Source of the DNA: Ruditapes philippinarum | Lineage: Eukaryota | NCBI RefSeq assembly: GCF_026571515.1 | Contig: NW_026864086.1 | Location: 434,001-498,000, forward strand | Length of the DNA: 64,000 nt | Reading direction: 5' to 3' | Shown: one piece after another, positions 14,401 through 24,145 of the stretch | Layout of the letters: every line of letters starts with the position of its first letter | Position numbering within the stretch: position 1 is the stretch's first letter | The notes under the pieces: generated by a model | Database searches by the model: none | What the model was told of the DNA's origin: nothing | Seen by the model: only the letters and a program-made list of their open reading frames with translations | Position numbers and translations under genes: made by a program

Positions 14401-17400
14401 AGCTTTTTAATTTAAATTATGGAAAATCATTTTTTAAGATGTTATCAGTATAGGGAAATCATTTCTTGAGGGGTTTAAATAGATGCGGGGGTTTTTTCTA
14501 AAATTTTTATTTTTTTTGGGAGCCTTTAAAAATTATTTTTGGAATTCTTTTTTGTTCAAAAAACGTTTAATTTCTCTGTCGGTACGTATAATTATTTAAC
14601 AGAATATCTTTGTAATAGCCTTTAACCGTTAATTAACCCTATCTTTCCCAACCTGAAAATTTCCAAAAGAAATTTCCCTTGAGTAGTTGTTTTTAAAACA
14701 TTACATTTTTGCGATTTTTTTGATCGCTGTTTTTAAAAATTTGTTCCGTAAAAATTTAAATTTAATGAACAAAAATTTTTGAAAAGGGAACTCCAAAGGG
14801 AAAATATATATTTCGCTCATAAAAGTAGAAAAGGCCTTAAAGATTACTATTTACCTGCGAATTAACGTTTACATGTCTTTGGTGACTTTTTAAAATTCCC
14901 AAAATTACATATGCCTATTTAAAAATTTCCCAAAAATGGTTGCATAGGGGGGGCTTTTTCAAAATTTGGATATTCCGGAAAAGGAAGGCCCTAAAAAAAA
15001 AAAAATGTTAAAGTTAAAATTTAACGAAAGTGTATCGGGGTTTTTCAATTACCATTATTTCATTTTTTCTTTAGAAAAAGTTTAAAAGATTTTATATAAC
15101 CATGGAAAAAATTCTACTTTTAAATGATCCCATTCTTTGTGGTTAAATCTTAAATGCCGAGTAAAATTTATTTACTAATATCTAATTCCCCTTTTAACCC
15201 AAGTAGCAAGCAAAAATTTTTAAAAAAATTTCTGAAATGTGATGGAAAAAATAAAATTTTGATCTTTTAACCCCATGTACTTTTCTCATAACTTTTCTTT
15301 TCCAACTTTTTGCACATCTTAAATTTTTTAACTGATAAAAAAATTATGTATTTTTGGAGGGAAAATGGGTTAATAATATCTTCATATTTACGGTTGGGCC
15401 GGAATATCCCCCCGGGGGGACCCCCCCAATTGGGGGTAAAAGGCTTGCGAGTTACCGCCCGGGGGGGTTCCGGGGGAGGGATTTTCGGGGTCCGAACCGC
15501 AAACAAATGTCGATATTTTTTTTGCTATTTGCCTTTTTTCTATTTAAAGGTTTACCTAAATAGATATATGCTCAGGGAAAATTAAAAGTCATTTCATCCT
15601 AATATTTTTTTAAAAAGCTAGAAAATTCCTTTAAAAAACAAAGGGAAATGATCTCCTAAACAATATTTTTCCCTTTTAAAAAGACGTCATTAAAACCGCG
15701 GTTTTTTCAAAAGTGCGTTAAAAAAGACTTGTTGTTTTGGGGACGCGACTCTTTCCCCGGCCCCCCCATGCAGATGAAATTTTCCGGGATGGGTAAAACT
15801 CCGGGAAACGCCCTCGCTATGCAGAAAAATAATTCTGTTATTTAAGTTGTAAAATTCTACCCATTGTAAGAAAAAACTTGGAAAAGACTTTTAAATTTCC
15901 AGAACATATTATATTTAGGTAAAACCCTTTTAAATTTTAAAAAAATTGGCGAATAAAGCAAGAAAAAATATCTAACATATTTTGCGGTTTGGTCGGAAAA
16001 TCCCTCCCTCGGAAACCCGCCCCTGGGGGGTAACCGCAGCCCCGTTTTCCGCCCAAAGGGCGGGTCCCTGGGACGGGTATTCCGGGCCAAAACCCCAACA
16101 TATGACAGATATTATTATTTGCATATCAACTGGCGTTTCCCCTGGTTTTGCCCATGCCGGGAAATTTCATCTGGCATGGGGTGCCAGATGGTCGCTGCCA
16201 AAAAACAACGTCATTTTGCGCACTTTAGAAAGAACGCGTTAAAATGGCGTCGTTTAAAAAAGGGAAAATATGTGCTTAGGTGACTCTTTCGCCCTTGTTT
16301 TTCAGTTTTAAGTTCATACCTATTGTAAGAAAATAGTTATGGGTGGAAGACTTTAATTTCCATCACATTAAACATATTTTAGGTAAACCCTTTTAAAAAT
16401 TAAAAAATATGGCGAACTCGGGGAACCCCCCATGGCGGAAACTCGGAAGCCTTTTTACCGCCCAATGGGGGGGTCCCCGGACGGATATTCCCTTTCCGAA
16501 CCGAACAATGACAGATATAATTTTTCTTGCAAAGCAGACTGGCGTTTTCGTCGTTTTATCCATCCCGGGAAATTTTATTGGCATGAAGGATGCCAGATGG
16601 TCCGTGCCATACAACAAAAGGTCTTTTAGCGGGATTTTTTGAATGAAAACCGCGTTAAAAGACGCAATTTTAAAAGGGGAAATATTCTTAGGTGACGTCA
16701 TTTTTGCCTTTTTTATTAATTCTTTTTTTAAAATTTTATAGCTATTTAGGAAAATGTTATGGGGTTTTTGACATTAATTTCCCTGAACAAAAATTTTTTT
16801 GAGGTAACCAATTTTAATTCAAATAAAGTGGCAGAATATGAAGAAAAAAAAATCTGACATATTTTAGTTCGGGTGGAATATCCCTTTTCCCCCGGGAACC
16901 CCCCCATGGCGTTAACTGGAAGCCCCGTTACCGCCCAAATTTAAAAGAAATGAAGATATTATTATTAATCGAAAATTTTGCGTCAATTAAAGACGCGTTT
17001 CCCGTTTTTTTTTTTTACAAAGAAAAAAAAAATTTACAGTGCGTAAAAAAGATAGTCAAATTTTTTACAAAAATTCAGAAAAGTTACTTATGCTTTTTTT
17101 TTCATTGTAATTTGATGAAATGACTATATATTTTAAAATACCTATAATATAACATTTAAATTTTTCGAAAATGTTTATATAAAATATTTTTGGGCCCCTT
17201 AAAAATAAAAAAAGGACTGTCCCCTTTTTTTTTAAATTAAACTTTACAGGTAAATCTGTGAATATTTATTAAAATTTTTTGGGCCAGTATTATTTATCGT
17301 TATGTTATTTTAATTGAAAAATTAAAAGGAATTAGGGCCCAAAGGAAAACTTATTCAATTCAGTTTTTCACTACTTTATAACCATAACGAGATAATGGGC

Positions 17401-20400
17401 TTTAAATTTACTCGAGGAATCTCAGAGTTATTGAGCCTCCTTTTTTTTAAAATTCAGCTATGAATGTTTACAAAATTAAATTTAAAAATAAGGTATTGGT
17501 TAATTAATGTTTAGAAAAAATTTTTCAAATTCTTTTTCATTTTTTTTTTATTTTAACTTGTCTTTGTAATGAAATTAAATTTTTAATAAAAAGTAATGTT
17601 TGTTAAGACGGGTTAAATGCATTGTTACAGTTATGACAGACGTTATTTTCGAATACGTATTTTTGGAAAAATCTTTTTGAAATGAAAAATAAACGAGATG
17701 AATGGATATTAAAAGAAATGGAAAAATAAAAACAAAATTTTAATTTACTTTACCCTTTTCGAAAAATTAAAAAATTGAATTTTTTCCCGGGTTTTGGTTT
17801 TTCAACTTTAAAAAAATATCTATTGTTATTCTTTATTTTTTTTTTTTTATAGATAAAAATTTTTAAAATAGGTTAAAATTTAAAAAAAGTCATTCAAAAA
17901 TCTAAAAAAGGGGTTTTTGTTGTTGCTTAACGAAAATGCTTATTCCTATTTTACAAATAATTATAAATGAACATCAACCAAAAAAAATATAGTCATTGAT
18001 TGTTCAACCCAACTTTGTTTTCTTGCTGATTTTAATTGGTCGTAAAAAAAATCAATTTATATTTATGTTTACTTCTGTATATACATACATCAAGAAAAAC
18101 GGGTGATTTAAGTTTGGGGAAATTAAAAGAAAGGTGGAATTTAACTAAATTTGGGTTCCTTTCACAGGCGTGAAAATTTTTTAATTCTAAAAATGTATCT
18201 ACTACGCACAAAAATATCTATACGCACAAAAAATCTAAATTTTACGCACAATAAATCTATTACACGCACAATAAAACTTCTACCACAAAAAAACATTCAG
18301 CAAAAAACCTTACCCTTTAAAAAGCAAATTCTATTATCCCAAAAAAATTTTATTTCTACCACAATCCCTTTTAAGCACAATAAACCATTTACACGCCTAA
18401 ACCCACCCATCCAAAAAACCTATTTTAAAAAACATTTTTTATAAATCAGTAAAAAAATATATCAAAATTAGATCAGCACCCAGTAGAAAAGCTTTTACAA
18501 AATTTAAAAAAACCAAAATTAAAAAAATAAACGCTAGAAATAAATGTCCTGTAATTTCCCCAATGGGAAACCCCGCCTTATAGTGTAAAAACCAAACAAA
18601 ACGAATTAACGAAAGACCCTTCAAAATAAAATTATATTTTTTAAAAAAAAGTTAAAAATTTTTAATGATTTTCTTCTTGTACTAATTTTATATTTGAACA
18701 AACCCGAAACGAGCTTTTTATCTGGATCAATCGTGCAAAATTTTGTATTTTAAAAACATTGCCCAGTCTCGTGCCGTTGTTGAAAACCTATCTGAAGCTC
18801 GTTTTTGTTTTTTGGTAGGCACCTAAAAATTTGGGAAAAAAGCCCCGGCCCCCCAGAGCTTTTTTTTGGCCCAGAACGCCCGAATAAAAAAAAACTAAAA
18901 AAATTTTGTGAGGAACCTAATTAATCAAATAATGTTAAAGTTAAGGCTTACAAGCAAAAAAAGCAGTATAACGTGTTTTTTGAACTTTTCGCGTTATAAC
19001 GCCTTTATTCGCGTTATTTCGCCATTGGTTTCGCGTTATTACGCCTTGATTCGTGTTACTTCGCCTTTTGCTTCTCGTAATAATGCCTCTTGATTCGCGT
19101 TATAATGCTTTTCCAATAGTTTATTTCATTTCATTTGATACAATATTAGCAAGGCTTTAATAAATCTGACTTTGTCTCTTTAGGCTTGTTAATAACATAA
19201 TTGTAACATGGTTTACGTAATATTTTATTTCTGAATAGTTGGAGTGTGTGAAGCTTGAATTACTTTTCATAACACAAAATTTGCCATACAAGAAAATTTC
19301 ACAGAACTTAAAAATCGGTCGTCTCTTCAAATCTACTCATTTGTTAACCCCTTTAACCTGGTTATAATTCTCGATATATTACATCGGAAATGTGTGGTTT
19401 ATATCACGCAAACTACAAATACATTGGATATTTTGACGTTACATGGTGGCTAATACAACACTAATACTAGGCTACCTTAATAAAATAAGAAAGGCAAGAT
19501 AAACATTCAAAATGGCCGCGCCAGAATCGTCTATTCAACTGCATATATATAGTTTGTCCTTGCTAAATGCTGATGTGGAAGGTAATTATTCAGTGATACG
19601 TGATTTACATGTACAGTTATAAGGGAAATTATCTCACATATTGTGGACATGTATTTGGTTAATCTCCTACCTATAACTGTTCCATTGCTTGAATCCCTGT
19701 TCAGAATTTCAACAGCTTTCTCAGCGGCTATATCGTCTACCTGGCATGTTTCAAATGATTCTAAACCTGCAAAAAGAAAAATGTTGTTTGTTTTGTTTTA
19801 AAAACCAATATAATGAGGTTTTTATGTTATTTTTTTTTTATGCCGTACCAAAACCTAAACGATTGCTTCAGATAGGATTTTCAACAACGGCAACGAGACT
19901 GGGCAATGCTTTAGAATACAACAACTTTGCACGAGTGTAGTAGTAAAGAAGAGAAAAGATCAATATGAACTATGTAAATAACTTTAAACACGCCATTACG
20001 AACTACCTTTTAATTATGTATCGTCTTATTTTAAACAGGCATATAAATTATATTAGGGTGGTAAGTATACTATTCCGTAATTAAGACAGGTCATTTTCAT
20101 CATCTAGATCTATTTTACAATATAATTTGTCCTTATAATTGTGTGGGTTTTTTTTTGACAAATTAGGAATAAAAAGATAAAGAGAAATAGTTTATTTCGG
20201 TAACCCACTAGTATATATTTACAGTATCGGCAGGTGGAACAAACCTAGTGCTATACCTTTTGATGATAGGAAATGTAAAAATTGTTTTATTTTGGAAGAT
20301 GAATTTCACTTTATTTTAGAATGTTCCCTATATAATGAATTACGAAAAAAATATATAAAAAAACACTTTTGGGAAAGACCAAATATACCTAAATTTGTTA

Positions 20401-21914
20401 CATTGATGAATTCAGAAAATGAAATAGAAATTAGAAACTTATCAATGTATATATTTAAAGCTTTCGATGTTCGAAACACTATTCTTTATAGTTAATCAAA
20501 AGTTTGTCCCAAACGCTGTATAACTGTATCTTACATAAACTTTTTACGTTTTGTTTTGTGATTTACTTCCTTATTAATAGGATGGTATCTTTCCTTAGTA
20601 TTTATTTACCAGTTTATGAATTGAGACATGTTGATAGTATATTATATCTGTAGTTTACGTTTTCTGATTGCTAAAAATACTGTGTAACTTAATGATATAT
20701 GTTTTATAAAGTGTGACATTGACCATTTGATTGTATTGTATGCTTTGTTATATGTACTGTGTATGCATGGACATATTGTCCAAATGTACTTTGAAATAAA
20801 CTTGAAACTTGAAACTTGTTACATACAATGATTGACGAATTAAGTTGATGTGTAAGTGTTGAACCTCACACAATAACATTAAAGTGACATTACATTCACA
20901 TTTATTCGCTGTTAAGTTCAGTTGAATTAGTGATATATTTCAAAAGATTGACCATCATAATGGTAATTGACCAATAATTGATGATGAAAAATGTTTATGA
21001 TACCAAATAAAACGACCTGAATTATAAAAAAGACTACCCCGCTCGTTTAAAGAATTGAACGTTACCAATATATTCTTTAAGGTATTTATAGAAATTTCTT
21101 TCCATTGGTCACATAAATTATTGATTATATACAGTAAAATATAAAGTTGAATACAATTGTGGCAAAATGTCAAGTTGTTTTGATCTTTTAAGGTTCATTC
21201 ACAAATTACACTTGGATGGGCGTAATGTCACTTTAAAAGAATTGCTATGAAGTTTGATTCACAGTGCATACAACGAGATACAACGCACATACACAAAGAG
21301 AACGCTTAAAATTACTTAATTAAAGTGACATTATGCCCATCTAAAGGTATATAGTGAGTGAACAGGTGAGAGTCAAAAAAATATTCATTTTGCCCTAATT
21401 CCTTTTGATTTAATTCTTTACTTCGCATAAACAATAAATAACCACCGGATTTAAACGAAATTTCAGTAAATATCATTTAGAATTTACCTTAACCTTCAAT
21501 TTATAAAAAGACTGGGCAGTCTTTTATATTTTAGGCAGATTTTTAATTTTATCCTATATAATCTGTTGGCCAAACATCATTTAAACAGTCAATCTTTTGA
21601 AATATAATGTCAAATTCAGCTCAACTTGACAATGAAAATATGAGCATAATGTCACTTTAAATGAAACATAACTTACCTATATTAATAGGCAAATTTCCCA
21701 CCTCATTCAGTTTTTCAATATACCATTTTACAGCTTCAACAGTCATTACCGAATCAATATCAACGTCCGTGCTACAAGTTTGTCCGCTACGTTCAAATAC
21801 TCCAAACAGACCGGCCACCATAATGTCTCCTTGTACATTGATATATCCGTAACAACCACCATATAAAAATGTTAAAACAATTAAAGCCCCTACAATATGG
21901 GTAAATTGTTTCAT
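3098..21914 (-). CDS. Multi-exon type I membrane receptor: signal peptide + two tandem mGluR/class C GPCR-type Venus flytrap (ANF_receptor) domains + single TM + short Tyr-motif tail (roughly 1100-1200 aa)
   Basis: Phase-compatible GT-AG exons: 21914-21677 (MKQFTHIVGAL...GDIMVAGLFGV), 19766-19671 (GLESFETCQ...GTVI), ~18880-18700 (corrupted; GVLG..QIGFSTT..FAR), one or more corrupted exons in ~14330-13087 (ends YAIKAVHTMIKAV...DFSW), 12882-12750, 11693-10355 ([57 protein letters not shown]), 7559-7405 (FDKNGDGNVGYRIYNIQ), 7079-6916, 3853-3744 (TM), 3270-3098 (stop TAA). AATAAA lies on the minus strand at 2879-2884. Confidence 0.8.
3578..3710. repeat. (ATAAT/GTAAT)n pentanucleotide microsatellite
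   Basis: Direct reading of the sequence. Confidence 0.9.
3744..3853 (-). CDS. Transmembrane exon of the double-VFT receptor
   Basis: tttacag|G...CAAT|gtaaac. Encodes ETNVEGIMVKVLGALFGVAVIIGIVLAVLLCRQKKQ (hydrophobic helix plus basic stop-transfer). Phase 2 matches the upstream donor at 6916. Confidence 0.82.
5447..5497. repeat. (TTTA)n microsatellite
   Basis: Direct reading of the sequence. Confidence 0.9.
7625..9042 (+). mobile_element. 5'-truncated, decayed non-LTR retrotransposon (LINE; RTE-X/CR1-like RT C-terminal half), antisense within a receptor intron
   Basis: Frameshifted remnants: FA(H)DQ in place of the RT FADD motif, WGLKI, YGELGRYPL, RFRTSSHNLFTETGRY...RICKSC..ESEYHFLL. Ends in AATAAA + (TTCGTA)n tail at ~9024-9042. 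Confidence 0.85.
10355..11693 (-). CDS. Large exon encoding most of the second Venus flytrap domain
   Basis: Corresponds to ORF 10266-11684, with acceptor tttag|ATA at 11693 and donor AAAG|gtaag at 10355. Classic mGluR VFT motifs are present. Confidence 0.92.
13270..18960. other. Low-accuracy (homopolymer-inflated) assembly segment
   Basis: Abrupt excess of long A/T/G/C runs. The exon at 18728-18821 differs from its clean inverted copy at 19841-19937 mostly by run-length errors and small indels. Repeat copies here are similarly corrupted. Confidence 0.8.
15380..16940. repeat. Array of GC-rich palindromic MITE-like repeats in direct and inverted orientation
   Basis: Recurrent motifs CATATTT.CGGTT.GG..GGAATATCCC, GGCGGTAAC...GTTACCGCC and AAAACGCGTTAAAA at ~15380, ~15975, ~16410 and ~16860. 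Confidence 0.6.
18960..19110. repeat. Short tandem repeat with a TTCGCGTTAT(A/T)(A/T)CGCC core (~21-bp period)
   Basis: About six degenerate copies are visible. Confidence 0.7.
19841..19937 (+). pseudogene. Inverted duplicate of a ~97-bp fragment of receptor exon 3, lying in intron 1
   Basis: The plus strand encodes AVPKPKRLLQIGFSTTATRLGNALEYNNFARV (a VFT motif). Its reverse complement aligns to 18728-18821. Confidence 0.85.
20222..20818 (+). mobile_element. LINE 3' fragment (RTE-X/CR1-like C-terminal zinc motif, 3' UTR and tail)
   Basis: IGRWNKP...RKCKNCFILEDEFHFILECSLYNELRKKYIK. Ends in AATAAA(CTTGAAA)n at 20796-20818. Confidence 0.82.
20879..21236. mobile_element. TTAA-flanked MITE (Kolobok-like, AG...CT termini), copy 1
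   Basis: TTAA|AGTGACATTAC ... GTAATGTCACT|TTAA. Confidence 0.72.
21320..21660. mobile_element. TTAA-flanked MITE (Kolobok-like), copy 2, inverted relative to copy 1
   Basis: TTAA|AGTGACATTATGC ... GCATAATGTCACT|TTAA. The internal ATATTTCAAAAGATTGAC is shared with copy 1 in opposite orientation. Confidence 0.72.
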
Positions 21915-24145
21915 CTTTATATTTCTGTTGTTGTTTTCTTTTCTTCAGTCACTTGCAACTAAGGTTTAACTGTGCGCATTTACTTTGTATCAAATAGGGT
22001 GCGATTAGTTTCTTCCTCTTCGTATTTATATCCATCAGTAATAACAACCATGCTTCAGCGATTTCAAAATAAGACGGGTATTTTTCTATGACGTGAAATT
22101 TAAAAAAAAACGAGAAACAAAAACCATACATATTTGAACTTGTTAAATATTTTCCTTGTTAACGACGTGAAGAAATCGAATTGTCCATAATTGAATCACA
22201 TCACTCAACTAAACTATTTTATGTTTTATGTTTGTTTCGTAAATCGTGTTTAAATTTGTTTTTCTTTATTTATTTTTTTTTAACGTAAACTGATAAATAT
22301 TTAAATATTAACTCAAATGAATTGATTAAATCATTATAAGAATAAATATATCGGTATATTCATGTTTTTATTTCGACAAAATCAGGGGCCATTGGTCTTT
22401 GAGTTACTAATACATTGTACAATGTTTTGACTTGAAATTTGAAATCAGATTTTAAACAATTTAAGTGCCTGTGCGTGAGAGATATTGTACTTTATTTCTC
22501 TTCTGAAAAGTCATTAAATTTAAGTCTACAATTTTCACCTATTAGTTTTTATGTTCTTGAGGGCTTTTCATGATTTACATATATTACATATATTTTCACA
22601 CCACAGATTAATACCAATAGATTATTTATATTCCGATAAAATGCATAATACTAGTACTTAATTGTCATTAATGAAACATAAATTATGCTCCTTTTTGTAT
22701 ACTCTATTTCTAAATGAAACGCATCAACTTAAGTTTTAAAAAATAGGTTTGGACATTAAGGTCAAGTTGGAATATTGAAGTTTGGTTAATCAGATTTGAT
22801 ACAGAAATCTTAAATAAAACATTTTAATATGTAAAATAGGTATTTTTGTGTTAAAATACAAATACCTTATTTATAAAATTGTGAAATGTTGAAATTTATC
22901 ATTTCAGAAGTAAAGTTATTCAAATTTACAGTATATTATTATTGTCTATATACGTGTTTGAAGGGGTAAGCTTTCAGAAAATGTCTGTGAAAGCTATGCA
23001 TTTAGAATAAATGCCTGACAAAATGTTATATATGTACTTAGCGATATTCGGATTATATCGCCTTTTCCCGCTTAATACCATCATAAAAACGTGTTACCAA
23101 GAAAGGTTTTATTAGTGTAATGAGGTTTTGAAGTTTGCCGAACTAATATACCGATTTATTAAATTGGTTAAATATTATATCGACATTATATCGATACATT
23201 TAAGCAAAATCGACATTATATCAGTATTTATATCGAAATTATATCGGTATTTTTACGTTCATGGAAAATGGGAATTTCATTCCTTCTGAGATTAACAGTA
23301 CAGTAAGATAAATTTTGTAGGACAGAAGAAGGAAAGAAGAGAAATTTGCCAGCGAGAGAGAGAACAAAAATTTTAACCCATTTGTAGGGGTGTGTTAAAA
23401 TAGAAAAAAACGCTTCTTTTTGCTAATTAAACAAAGAAAACAACAATAACAGTAGAAGCAACAACAGCAAACAAACAGCTAATGCTACATTCGTAACACA
23501 ACACAGTTTATACATGGTATAATGGCACGACCTTATTTAATTAACAATCATCGAAAGAAATTTCTCAAGGAGTAGGACCTAGATCATGTATCTCGGTGCT
23601 TTAAGCAAGAGAAACGTGTAGTCTATGACTAATGGCGGCAATTTACTTGTAACTGGCCATATATATGTTTACTAATTGAACATTAAGATCATTCTGTGTA
23701 ACATCTATTCTTAATTGATGTTGATTTAAATTTATCAAATTAGAAAATAGTGCAAAATGTTCTTTTAGAATTTTAAACTTTATTTTTCAACTGCTTTCAA
23801 AAATATGCGAACACATAGCCTTTACATTTAACATCTATGACATTTTTATCCAAATACATGTCCATGCACTATTGTATTATTATTGCAATATAGTTAAGTG
23901 AACCCATGTTGCAAAATGTAAGTAAATATAACACAAAGAGAATAATAAGATTATAAGATCCGAAACGGAAAAATTGAAAATGGTGCAAGCTCGCTTTGAT
24001 TGAGTCTGTTCATGGACAGTACTGGAAAGTAGAAGCTGCTGTGTATGGCCCCTAGCATCTGCTTAAGCAAAATAAACCCTTTTAAGTAAAATAATGATGT
24101 AATAATAAATAGATATTTTTGATAATATGTTTCTTCAAACATGTT

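Noticed and set aside
15267-16701. Gly/Pro-rich short ORFs
   Set aside because: They derive from GC-rich palindromic repeats in the homopolymer-corrupted block.
19689-19940. Independent plus-strand VFT gene
   Set aside because: Only ~97 bp is VFT-like, it ends in a stop, no other plus-strand exons exist, and it duplicates the minus-strand exon 3.
3098-21914. Calling the gene a canonical metabotropic glutamate receptor or Venus kinase receptor
   Set aside because: No full nine-cysteine domain, 7TM exons or kinase motifs were found. The single TM is followed by a phase-compatible terminal exon with a stop codon.
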